Below the pieces are notes generated by a model. It saw nothing but the letters and a program-made list of their open reading frames with translations, was not told the DNA's origin and made no database searches. Shown piece after piece: positions 18,851 through 28,418 of a stretch of DNA of 32,000 nucleotides (position 1 is its first letter; every line of letters starts with the position of its first letter). Source of the stretch: Trichodesmium erythraeum IMS101 (GTDB taxonomy: Bacteria > Cyanobacteriota > Cyanobacteriia > Cyanobacteriales > Microcoleaceae); contig NC_008312.1 in NCBI RefSeq assembly GCF_000014265.1, positions 840,001 to 872,000 on the forward strand, in the 5' to 3' direction. The translations under genes were made by a program, and so were the position numbers.

Positions 18851-20560
18851 TTATATTAATACCTTTTCAGGAAACCAAACAGTAAATGTAGACCCTTTTC
18901 CTAATTGACTTTTTACAGTAATTTCTGCTCCCATTCTCTCACATAAACGTTTACATATTGCTAATCCTAAACCAGTACCACCATACTTACGAGTAGTAGA
19001 AGTATCTGCTTGAGTAAAAGGTTGGAATATATGTTTTAACTGTTCTTCTGTTATACCAATACCAGTATCTATTACCCGAAAAACTATATGGTAGTTTTCA
19101 TTACTTAATGACTTTGCATTGTGATTTTGATTATTTTTTTGTTGATTATTTTTAACTTTTTCTACACTGAGTGTAATTGTACCATCTTCTGTAAACTTAG
19201 CTGCATTACTTAGTAAATTTATCAGTACCTGTTTCACTTTTGGCATATCTGCATACATACTACCAAGATTTTCTCCTAAAACTAATTCAAATTTATTACG
19301 GTTTTTTTCAGTAATATTTTTAGCTGTACTGAACACATCTTTAACTAGCTTATTAACCTCAATACTCTCTAAATAAAGTGTAACTTGACCTGCTTCTATT
19401 TTTGAAATATCTAAGATATCACTAATCATTTCTAGGAGGTTTTTACCTGCTAGCTTAATTCTTTCTATATCGGGAATAAAATCTTTATATCCACCTTCTA
19501 GAACATCCTCATAAAGGATATCACTATAACCAATAATTGCATTTAAAGGTGTACGTAGTTCATGACTCATGGTAGCTAGAAAAGCACTTTTGGAACGGTT
19601 TGCTGCTTCTGCTTTGAGTTTAGCTTCCTGGAGTTGCTCTGTGTATTCTGCTACTTTACTAATTAACTCATTTAAAGATTCTGTTAATTCTCCTATTTCA
19701 TCATTTGTAGTTACAGGAAGTTGGAGTTCAAAATTAGCTTGTTCTGTAACTTCTTCAGCCACTTTAGTTATTACTTTTAAGGGAGTTATGATCGAGTTTG
19801 TGGTATAAATTGCTATTATTACTGTAGTTATTGCCGACAGTAGTAGACTACATATTAATATATATATTCCTAATTTTTCTACTTTTTGATAATCCCTATT
19901 TTGTTTTTCTACTCTCTGATTAGCTAGTATTACTAATTGTTCTGAATCTTGCGATAAGTTTTGTAGTTGTATTGTAATTTGACTATTAAAAATTACATTC
20001 AGTGATTCCAATGAAGCAGTTTCTACTGTTTCTTTTGTTTGAGGCGGTATTTGTTTAATGTCTTGAACTAAGTTTTCTAATTGATTAATATAAATTTTTA
20101 GAGGATTAAAATAGGTTTGGATAAATTCTTCAAGCTGAACATCATCTGTATTTTTAGAGATGTTTTTATCTCCGGTTTCTAGTGTTAATTTAAGTTGTTT
20201 GAAAATTGTATTAACCTCATAAAAACTTGATAATTCTAGGGAGATTTTTTTTTCTAAAATTTTCCAGTTATTAACTTTTTGGGAAACATCTTTCTGAATT
20301 ATAATTATTTTTAATACTTTTTTTGTAAGATTTGTTAATAAGTCTACCTCTTGTTGACCTTGCTTTATCTTCCCTCTAATTTGATATTTATAATTGAACT
20401 CCAATATCTGCCCTGTTAAAACTCCTAACATTACAATAATGATTCCCAGAGCATAACCGAATACTATTTTTTTTCTGATTCCTATAATACTCAACAAATG
20501 TTTGAATCCACTTTTTTGCTGGTGGATAGACTGTTTTTTTGATCTGGAAGTTAATGACAT
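18851..20560 (-). CDS. sensor histidine kinase with TM-bounded sensor region and HAMP domain
   Basis: Two TM segments. HAMP-like segment (ITPLKVITKVAEEV...IGELTESLNELISKV). H-box SHELRTPLNAIIGY, N-box LLSNAAKFT, G-boxes DTGIGI and GGTGLGLAI. No receiver domain and no adjacent response regulator. Confidence 0.92.
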   Translation of the reverse strand: MSLTSRSKKQSIHQQKSGFKHLLSIIGIRKKIVFGYALGIIIVMLGVLTGQILEFNYKYQIRGKIKQGQQEVDLLTNLTKKVLKIIIIQKDVSQKVNNWKILEKKISLELSSFYEVNTIFKQLKLTLETGDKNISKNTDDVQLEEFIQTYFNPLKIYINQLENLVQDIKQIPPQTKETVETASLESLNVIFNSQITIQLQNLSQDSEQLVILANQRVEKQNRDYQKVEKLGIYILICSLLLSAITTVIIAIYTTNSIITPLKVITKVAEEVTEQANFELQLPVTTNDEIGELTESLNELISKVAEYTEQLQEAKLKAEAANRSKSAFLATMSHELRTPLNAIIGYSDILYEDVLEGGYKDFIPDIERIKLAGKNLLEMISDILDISKIEAGQVTLYLESIEVNKLVKDVFSTAKNITEKNRNKFELVLGENLGSMYADMPKVKQVLINLLSNAAKFTEDGTITLSVEKVKNNQQKNNQNHNAKSLSNENYHIVFRVIDTGIGITEEQLKHIFQPFTQADTSTTRKYGGTGLGLAICKRLCERMGAEITVKSQLGKGSTFTVWFPEKVLI

Positions 20561-21723
20561 CTGTTCTAGTATTCCTTAGCCCTCATCGTATATAGCATCC
20601 GACATTGCTTGTAATAATATTGATAACAGTTAATAATAAGCTGAAAACCTTTTAAATTATGACTCCTGACTCTTAGCTTTAATTATTGTCTGACAACTGA
20701 AATAAGATTGTTATTGGTATATTTTATTATAATCTAAGATTTATAATGGCCTGATTATTGCGTAATTAATTTTAGGAGTTAATAATAATACAACATAATT
20801 TTTACCATTACCATGAAATTCACTTTTTTACAATACACTTACTACTTTACTTTCCCAGTATCAGTATATATAGCAATCATATTCTTTTGATGTCCAAAAT
20901 GTTGTCGCTTTTTGGGAATTGGTTTGGGAGCAATGGGCAAGAGTTTTAGAGTTGATTATTTTTTAATCTTTACAACCTATAATCATATTTATTAATTCCT
21001 TAGCCTAGATAATGATCGAAAATAAAAATAACTTTCTAGTTAAACTTTCTAGTTAAGTTTTTTTGCTTAAGTAGATAGACATAAAATTTACCTTTTTACA
21101 AAAAAAATAAAACAGAACCCACATAATGAATTTCTCAAATGGTTTTCACTATTTATTATCTCTCGTACTATTTTACAGGTATGGATAATTATTTATGATA
21201 GTACTATATCAACATATTTTAATAACAAAAAAGTCTAGAAAACGAATCGTTGCTTTGAAGTCAAAATTTAAAAATAAAAAAACAAAATATAAAAATACAA
21301 AACTCATAGGGTACGACAGCTAAAATTTAGATAATGAAAAATACGTCTTTTTTAACAAGCTATTTTAGTTGTATCAGGAGTGGAATGAAACGGCTAATTT
21401 AGTGGGTTTTTTTTGGGCCTATTTTATTTCATCTGATAGCTAAACTCGTTATTTAAATTAGAATATAACCCTACCCAAAGTGATATTTTTAATGTATCGG
21501 TACTAGGTATAAATGAATAGATAGATAAATCAACATTATTTATAAAACAATCTGACAATAACCCAAATTTGCATCTGAACCTTCCAAATAGTTCTCACAT
21601 TTGGCAAATTAAATTGCTATTTCAGGGATAATTAAATCTGCCTACTTATATACTTAATATAATAATGTGAATTTTATTAAATTTAATTAATGATTTGGAT
21701 AAAAATAGTTTTTTTTTCCGGAA

Positions 21724-22257
21724 TTAATTTTTATTTATTTGTTGGCAAAACTTAAATATATATAATTCCTCTGGTAGTTCAGATGCTATATCTATATTAA
21801 CACTTTTAGGGGCAAATAAAACCATGCCAAAGTCACATTTTTCAGTTGTACATTTATCTGGTCGTGCAGTGATTTTATAATCACTATTTTCAGCAGGAGT
21901 AAAAGAAATTACCGAAATATCATCTTGTTTTTCATCATTAGCTATTTTGTCACCTTTTTGATTTTTTAGAGTTAAATTTAAGTCACTACAATTATTATCA
22001 CATACCCCAAGTATAGTGTAAGATACATCAGAAGATAATCGTGTTGTAAATGGTACTTCTACTCTCTCTTTAATTTTTCCAATTAATGGCCAAAAAACTA
22101 GTTTTTTACCAGCTTTTTCTTGTGCTTCTACTGTCTCTTTCAATTTACATATTACTTGTTCTTGTTCGAGACTAAGTTCTACGCTGGCAGCATTAGCAAC
22201 AATTGCACTACCTAATATGGAACCTATCATACCCAAAACTAATTTTTTAGTACCCAT
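21724..22257 (-). CDS. secreted Cys-containing protein of unknown function
   Basis: 177-aa ORF with an N-terminal signal-peptide-like segment (LVLGMIGSILGSAIVANA/AS) and six Cys residues. No motif I recognise. Confidence 0.6.
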   Translation of the reverse strand: MGTKKLVLGMIGSILGSAIVANAASVELSLEQEQVICKLKETVEAQEKAGKKLVFWPLIGKIKERVEVPFTTRLSSDVSYTILGVCDNNCSDLNLTLKNQKGDKIANDEKQDDISVISFTPAENSDYKITARPDKCTTEKCDFGMVLFAPKSVNIDIASELPEELYIFKFCQQINKN

Positions 22258-22333
22258 TAATTTACTGAAGGAAAATTTTACTTAACTATACTCAAGAGTT
22301 TAACATACTTTTGTACAATAATAGGGACTAGGA

Positions 22334-22372
22334 AATAGGGGAATAGGGGAATAGGGGAGTGGGAGAGTAGGG
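22334..22372. repeat. STRR tract (octamer AATAGGGG x3, then degenerate)
   Basis: The sequence reads aataggggaataggggaataggggagtgggagagtaggg directly. Confidence 0.75.
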
Positions 22373-22471
22373 AAAGAAAATATAGAAAAGTTTTTGATAA
22401 ATATTATAAGTCTTGTTTGTTACAAAGAGCAAGCTTAAACTTTGATCTTATAACTGATAATTGAACAGACT

Positions 22472-25400
22472 CTATTTAGTCTCCATCCAATTTTTACCTC
22501 CATGAATATCTACTATTAGAGGTACTTTTAAAGTAACAGCATTTTCCATTGTAGATTTAATAAGTTGTTGCATTTTTTCTAACTCTGATGGTGGAACTTC
22601 AAATACTAATTCATCATGCACTTGCAATAACAGTTTTGTCTGATAATTTGTCAATATTTTGTTCAGTCTAATCATAGCTATTTTAATAATATCTGCACTT
22701 GAACCTTGAATTGGTGAGTTAGCTGCTGATCTTAAAATTTGAGCATCATTTTGACTGAATTTTAATTCCTGTAAATTAATTTCCTCTGGTTCTTTGTCCT
22801 TTAAATCACGGATAGTTTTAGATTCTAATTCAAAATAACGTCGCCGACCCAATATTGTTTCTACATAACCTTTAGCGATCGCTTGTTTTTTCAACTTTTC
22901 TAAATATGCAAAAACTAGGGAATATTGTTGTTTATATTTTTCTAAAAATTGTTTGCTTTCTTTGACTGTTATTTTGACAGACCTTGCTAATTTTTGTGCT
23001 CCCATGCCGTAGATAACGCCAAAATTTATAGTCTTACCGACACGCCTTTCTTCTGATGAAATTTCCTCTTTTTCAAATAATAATTTAGCTGTAACTGTAT
23101 GTACATCTTGATTATTTTTATAGGCTTCTATTAAGACTGGTTCTTGACTCAAATGTGCTAAAATTCTTAATTCTATTTGGGAATAATCTGCAGCTACTAA
23201 TAACCAATCTTTTTTTGGTAGAAATGCCTGACGAATTTGCCGAGAAAATTTTGTGCCAATAGGAATATTTTGTAAGTTTGGTTCAGAAGAAGATAAACGC
23301 CCTGTATCTGTTTGAGTTTGATTAAAGTTTGTATGTACTCGCTGAGTATCGGAACGAACTAATCTTGGTATTGCTTCGACATAAGTAGAAAAAAGTTTAT
23401 ATAAAGTTCGATGATTTAATATTTCATCAATAATGGGATGATGTTCAGGTTCTGTTTGTAATTTTTCTAGGGCTACTACATCTGTAGAGTAACCAGTTTT
23501 TATTCGGCGAGATTTTTTATGATTTTGATTGAGTATTCTAAATAAGAGTTCACTTAATTGAGATGGGGAATTAAGGTTTAATAAATCCCTGGTTTCTACT
23601 TGATTGATTTGGCTTTCAATATTTTCTAGATTTTGTCTATGCTCTTTTAATAATTTTGTAATATATGCTTTAAGTATGGGGCTAGATATTGCTTTTTTTA
23701 ATTCTTGTTGATTACTAAATGAATTAAAGTCTATCTCATGAATTTCTGTTTGTAGATATTTTTGTAAAACTTGACTATCTACAGTTTTAAAAGCTCTTTT
23801 TTCAATTTCTTCTAAATCTTCTTTTAGTTGGACTGAGAACTTTTTTAGATATTCAATATCAATCCTAATTCCCTGAAATTCCATTTCTGCTAAAACAGGT
23901 TCTAACGGCTGTTCTACATCCACTAATAATCGATATAAAGATTTCTCGGTAGATTTATTTTTATCGGCTTTTTCTAATTCTGTTCTTAATTTTTCTACTA
24001 ACTGAAATGTCACCCAAACCTGAGTACCACAATAGTCAGCTACTTTGAGAATATCTAGGTCGGCAATAGTTTGATTTTTTGACACTACATCCTGATAACT
24101 CTGTAAATTTATTCCCACATTTCTAAGGTATCTAATATATATTTCTTCCAGACTATGTTTTGCTTCTGGATTTAATACATAACTAGCCAACATTGTGTCA
24201 AAAAAAACTCCAGTTAATTTAATTCCTTGACAGCGAAAAACTAATCTATCAAATTTTGAATTTTGAAATACTTTTGGATATTCGCTACTTTCTAAAACAG
24301 GTTTTAAACTCTCTAATACTGTCACCTTATCCAGATTTTTATCAGTTTTATGTCCGGTAGGAATATAGGCAACATCTTCCATATTTTTTCCCCAACAACA
24401 ACCAATTCCAACTAACTCTGCATCTCGTGGTTCTAAAGATGTTGTTTCCGTATCCCAAGCGACGGGAATATGAGGATTTTTCTGTTCTTTTAAAATATTT
24501 ACTAATTTGTTTAATTTTTCTATAGTATCAACAATTTGAGGTTTTATTTTTGATTTTGTTGAAGTTTGCTGTTTAGCTACTTTTGTATCTTCTGCACTAA
24601 AAAACCAATCATCACTCCCGATTTCAACCAAAGTATTTTGAGATATTTCTTGCTGCTGAATTCCTGACTCATCCAGCCCAGACTTAACTTCTACTAAACT
24701 ATTAAATTGCTGTTCTAAATGGGGAATTTTATTTATAAAATGTTGTAATTCTAGCTTTTGCAAAATAGGTTCAATTTCTGAGGGATAAATCTTTTTAAAT
24801 TTACAATCTTCTATGTCAATATTTAACGGCACATTTACTTCAATTTTTGCCATAAATTGAGAATGCTCTGCCTCAGTTTTTCCTAATACTAATTTTTTCT
24901 TATTTGCTCCTTTAATTTGTTCCAGAGAAGCATAAATTTCGGAAAGACAACCATATTCATTCAATAACTTAACAGCAGTTTTTTGTCCAATCCCTCTAAC
25001 ACCAGGAATATTGTCAGACTTATCTCCACAAAGAGCTTTATAATCAACAACTTGAGTAGGTAAAATACCCAATTTTTCCTTAACTTCTTCAGGAAAAAAT
25101 TCTTGAGGAATACTACCTTTGCCCCCAGGTAAATGTAAAACACTAATACCTTTTTCTGCATCTATTAATTGAAATAAATCTTGGTCTCCCGAAAGAATTT
25201 TTACCTTAAAGCCAGTAGCACTAGCTTTTTTTGCTAAAGTTCCCAATATATCATCAGCTTCATAACCAGGAGCAGTAATAACTGTTAAATTAAAAGCTTT
25301 GAGAAGGTCTTGCAAATTTCCTAGGTCAATAATTAAATCTTCTGGTGGTTCTGGCCGATCTGCCTTATAGTTTTTATCAGCTTCGTGGCGAAATGTAGGT

Positions 25401-25609
25401 TTTCCTAAATCAAAGGCGATCGCTAAATATTCTGGTTTTTGGGTATTTATTACTTCTAATAAAGATTTGAGGAACCCAAAACAAATACTTGTAGGAATAC
25501 CTGTAGAAGTTTTCAAGCCTCCATTACGACTTTTGGCAAAAGCGTAGTAGGAACGAAAGGCGAGAGAATGACCATCAACAAAAAGAGCTATAGGAGAGTG
25601 ATTAACCAT
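22472..25609 (-). CDS. polA: DNA polymerase I
   Basis: 1045 aa. 5' nuclease domain (GYEADD, DKSDNIPGV). 3'-5' exonuclease domain (AWDTETTSL). Polymerase motif A DYSQIELR, motif B RRVGKTINFGVIYG, motif C QVHDELVFE. Confidence 0.97.
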   Translation of the reverse strand: MVNHSPIALFVDGHSLAFRSYYAFAKSRNGGLKTSTGIPTSICFGFLKSLLEVINTQKPEYLAIAFDLGKPTFRHEADKNYKADRPEPPEDLIIDLGNLQDLLKAFNLTVITAPGYEADDILGTLAKKASATGFKVKILSGDQDLFQLIDAEKGISVLHLPGGKGSIPQEFFPEEVKEKLGILPTQVVDYKALCGDKSDNIPGVRGIGQKTAVKLLNEYGCLSEIYASLEQIKGANKKKLVLGKTEAEHSQFMAKIEVNVPLNIDIEDCKFKKIYPSEIEPILQKLELQHFINKIPHLEQQFNSLVEVKSGLDESGIQQQEISQNTLVEIGSDDWFFSAEDTKVAKQQTSTKSKIKPQIVDTIEKLNKLVNILKEQKNPHIPVAWDTETTSLEPRDAELVGIGCCWGKNMEDVAYIPTGHKTDKNLDKVTVLESLKPVLESSEYPKVFQNSKFDRLVFRCQGIKLTGVFFDTMLASYVLNPEAKHSLEEIYIRYLRNVGINLQSYQDVVSKNQTIADLDILKVADYCGTQVWVTFQLVEKLRTELEKADKNKSTEKSLYRLLVDVEQPLEPVLAEMEFQGIRIDIEYLKKFSVQLKEDLEEIEKRAFKTVDSQVLQKYLQTEIHEIDFNSFSNQQELKKAISSPILKAYITKLLKEHRQNLENIESQINQVETRDLLNLNSPSQLSELLFRILNQNHKKSRRIKTGYSTDVVALEKLQTEPEHHPIIDEILNHRTLYKLFSTYVEAIPRLVRSDTQRVHTNFNQTQTDTGRLSSSEPNLQNIPIGTKFSRQIRQAFLPKKDWLLVAADYSQIELRILAHLSQEPVLIEAYKNNQDVHTVTAKLLFEKEEISSEERRVGKTINFGVIYGMGAQKLARSVKITVKESKQFLEKYKQQYSLVFAYLEKLKKQAIAKGYVETILGRRRYFELESKTIRDLKDKEPEEINLQELKFSQNDAQILRSAANSPIQGSSADIIKIAMIRLNKILTNYQTKLLLQVHDELVFEVPPSELEKMQQLIKSTMENAVTLKVPLIVDIHGGKNWMETK

Positions 25610-26009
25610 TTAAAATTTAGACTTTAGGACAATATTTTATTATAGCTTAATTAACCATTAATCTTTAGTTAGAACCACCAATAAAAATTATTCCAGGGGA
25701 AGGAGTATTTTTAAGCAGAGAATTTTTTTTAATGTACCAAAAATTAGAGATTTTAAAGCACATGGTGTGGCAGGTAAAAATCAGCCTCATATTTACGAAA
25801 ATCAACATTGGTATAGTAAAGCCAATTATCTTAAATATAAACCTGATCACAAATTTATTTTAAAATTTAAAGTAAATAAATCTTTGTTCTTGACTGCTAA
25901 AGGTTATTATTGTAATAATAATTAAGTAATATATTGTATAGCTTAATAGTCTCTTCTATATGCTGATATTATTGATAGTTATTAAATACTAGAAACATAT
26001 TTTCTCTGA

Positions 26010-26042
26010 GCCACAATATCTAAATTATGGCGGTTTTTTTTA
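26010..26042 (+). terminator. orphan Rho-independent terminator candidate
   Basis: Hairpin gccacaat-atctaa-attatggc (8 bp, one mismatch), followed by GG and a T9 run. No plus-strand ORF lies upstream. Confidence 0.4.
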
Positions 26043-26295
26043 GTATGTAAAAGTGGCATTAAGTAAATAGCATTTAAAGTGCCCTAAATAATAAAATTCT
26101 AATTTGCACTGTACCAAAAACCTCTAACTATCTATAAAGATGATAAAAGTATTTCTGAGTTTCGTCAATCTGTAGTTAAATATAAGTTTTGTCTTGAGAA
26201 TATTTAGAATATTTAGTGAAGGTATTTTTAAGCTTTAATAGTTGGGTTGATTTAGAAAGTTGCTTAAAGGAACGTTTATAGGGAAAAATACTACT

Positions 26296-27010
26296 ATGAA
26301 ATTTATTAATCCCAAGTTTGATTATGCTTTAAAAAAAAAATGTTTGGTTCTCAGCAAAGCAAAGATGTTTTAATTAGTTTTCTGAATGCGATAATTTATG
26401 ATGAAAAAAAACTATTAAGGGTTTGACAATTTTTAACCCTTTTTATCCTGGTAAAGTTATCAATTTAAAAGATACCTATTTAGATATAAAATCTGTTTCA
26501 TTTAATGGTTTTGTTGTAGTCATTGAAATGCCAGTGGCACGGATGACTGCTTTTAGTAAACGGGTAATGTACAACTTAGTTAAAGGCTATGGCAACGAGT
26601 TAGAAACAGGAGATAATTACCCCTTTGGTTGAGTTAAAAACTTTGGCAGATAAGTGGATTTATTTTCTTAAAGAAGCTACAAAATTTGATGATATTCCAG
26701 ATATTTTAGGGGAGGTTGCCGAAATTGAACAAGCTTTAAATATTGCTCAGAGAATTAACATGAGTCCAGAATAATTAGAGATAGTTGAGGGTCGGGCAAT
26801 AGCATTGCAAGATGAAAGAGGAAGGATAGCTTATGCAGAATAAATTGCGCGGCTTAATCAAACTATTGCTCTTATCAAGCTTTTAATAACTCAACGTTTT
26901 GGAGAGGTTAATGATGAGATTAGTAGTCAGATAGAAGGTTTGCCTTTGGCAGATGTGGAGGATTTGGTGAAGGTATTTTTAAGTTTTAATAGTTTGGCAG
27001 ATTTGGAAAG
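26296..27010 (+). pseudogene. Rpn family recombination-promoting nuclease/putative transposase, heavily degraded copy
   Basis: It starts MKFINPKFDYA, like the intact-looking copy. Frameshifts and stops follow, for example at the A-run at 26330-26340, taa at 26771 and taa at 26841. A deletion of about 190 bp removes the equivalent of 27377-27565. Confidence 0.8.
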
Positions 27011-27046
27011 TTGGTTATAGGAACGTTTATAAGGAGCAATACTACT

Positions 27047-27970
27047 ATGAAATTTATCAATCCTAAAGTTGATTATGCTTTTAAAAAAATCTTTGGTTCT
27101 GAGCAAAGCAAAGAGATTTTAATTAGTTTTCTAAATGCGATTATTTATAATGGAGAAAAAACTATTAAGGATTTAACAATTTTTAATCCTTTTAATCCTG
27201 GTGAAATTATTAGTTTAAAAGATACTTATTTGGATGTAAAAGCAGTTTTATTTGACTGCTCTATTGTAATTATTGAAATGCAAATGGCACGAATGACTGC
27301 TTTTAATAAGAGGGTGGCTTACAATTTGTCTAAAGCTTATGCTAATCAGTTGGATAAAGGGGAGAATTATCCTTGATTAAATCCGGCGATCGCTCTGACA
27401 ATTACGGATTTTATTCTGTTTAAAAATACTGATAATAATATTAATAAAGATGATTATATTAATAAATTTGTGTTTCAGGAGGAAACTAAAAAGTATAAAT
27501 GCTTGGAAAAAGAATTGCGGTTAATATTTGTGGAACTGCCGAAGTTTAAAAAAAGTTTGTCGGAGTTAAAAAATTTGACGGATAAGTGGATTTATTTTCT
27601 GCAAGAGGCAGCTAGCTTTGATGAAATACCAGAGAATTTGGGGGAAGTTGCGGAAATAGAACAGGCATTAAATATGGCTAATTTTATTAATATGACTCCA
27701 GAAGAGTTAGAGATAGTTGAAAACCGAGGGATAGCTATGCAAGATGAAAGAGGACGGATAGCTTATGCAGAAGAACAAGCACGGCTTAATCAAACGATCG
27801 CTCTTGTCAAGCTATTAATAACTCAACGTTTTGGAGAGGTTTCTGAAGGTATTAGTAGTCAGATAGAAGATTTGCCTTTGGCAGATGTGGAAGATTTGGT
27901 GAAGGTGTTTTTAAGTTTTAATAGTTTGGCAGATTTGGAAAGTTGGTTACAGGAACGTTTGAGGTCTTAA
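27047..27970 (+). pseudogene. Rpn family recombination-promoting nuclease/putative transposase (PD-(D/E)XK type), interrupted by one in-frame TGA
   Basis: A single 308-codon frame. The N-terminus MKFINPKVDYAFKKIFGSEQSKEILISFLNAII and the core ...YLDVKAV...IIEMQ are typical of the family. TGA at 27374-27376 is the only interruption. ORF-track entries 27011-27376 and 27470-27970 are in the same frame. AAGGAG lies 10 nt upstream of the ATG at 27047. Confidence 0.85.
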
Positions 27971-28018
27971 TTCAGCGCTTTTCAAATTGATAAACTACAT
28001 CGCTATAACCAAAACCTT

Positions 28019-28075
28019 GTAGGGACGTTGCAAACACAAAAATGCGTTTCATGTCGTATTCGCGTTACGTCCCGC
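28019..28075. repeat. split copy of the GTAGGGACGTTGCA / ..ACGTCCC palindromic repeat
   Basis: gtagggacgttgca and the matching gttacgtccc half are separated by about 30 nt. Confidence 0.5.
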
Positions 28076-28118
28076 TCTGTAGTCTACCGATATGAAAACT
28101 GCTGTTGAGTGATGCGAT

Positions 28119-28158
28119 CGCTCATCATCTCATTCCGTCGCTCATCGTCTTATTCCGT
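28119..28158. repeat. two directly adjacent 20-nt direct repeats
   Basis: cgctcatcatctcattccgt / cgctcatcgtcttattccgt, 18/20 identical. They begin inside a HIP1 site (28114-28121). Confidence 0.85.
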
Positions 28159-28235
28159 TTCGAACTCGCCAACATTACTTTGTGAAATAAGGATTTTTTG
28201 GGATATTGGTAGCTGGTACTGATAACTGAAATACC

Positions 28236-28269
28236 ACGGCGAGTCCCATTCTTCAATGGAACTCGCCGT
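28236..28269. other. strong 34-nt hairpin of unknown role
   Basis: acggcgagt-cccatt-cttc-aatgg-a-actcgccgt. There are 9 perfect outer pairs and 5 inner pairs. No T-run follows on either strand. Confidence 0.7.
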
Positions 28270-28418
28270 TAGTTGATTCAGGTTAGAAGTGGAGTTCAGA
28301 GGTTAGAGTTGCTAGGTTGACATCCTCCCGAGGCTGCTCTGACGAGGCAGCGCGGGATTCCTTAGCATCCCTTATATTCTAGCTCTATTTATATTTTTTT
28401 TATTTCCCGTTCTAAGCC

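Larger units (their letters stand above)
26195..27970 (+). repeat. head-to-tail tandem array of Rpn-family gene units (tail of unit 0, unit 1, unit 2)
   Basis: The 3'-end sequence gaaggt.tttttaag.tttaatagtt.g...gattt.gaaagtt.. recurs at about 26219, 26970 and 27900. At the first two positions it is followed by an SD and atgaaattt. Confidence 0.85.

Noticed and set aside
21031-21056. Perfect 13-nt tandem duplication actttctagttaa x2
   Set aside because: The duplication is real, but it has only two copies in low-complexity AT-rich spacer. It is most simply explained as replication slippage.
23582-23791. Intein in PolA
   Set aside because: The insert lacks the N-terminal Cys/Ser, the C-terminal His-Asn plus Cys/Ser/Thr boundaries, and homing-endonuclease motifs. 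At about 70 aa it is too short.
24961-25161. 66-aa alternative-frame ORF inside polA (and 30063-30263 inside the MBOAT gene)
   Set aside because: They are out-of-frame overlaps with well-supported genes.
25665-25850. 61-aa minus-strand ORF upstream of polA
   Set aside because: It has a GTG start, an I/F/K-rich composition and no motif. It is probably a chance ORF in AT-rich spacer.
28339-28346. CTGACGAG, a possible hammerhead ribozyme core
   Set aside because: No GAAA element and no three-stem arrangement follows. The motif is just the loop of a simple gctgc/gcagc hairpin.
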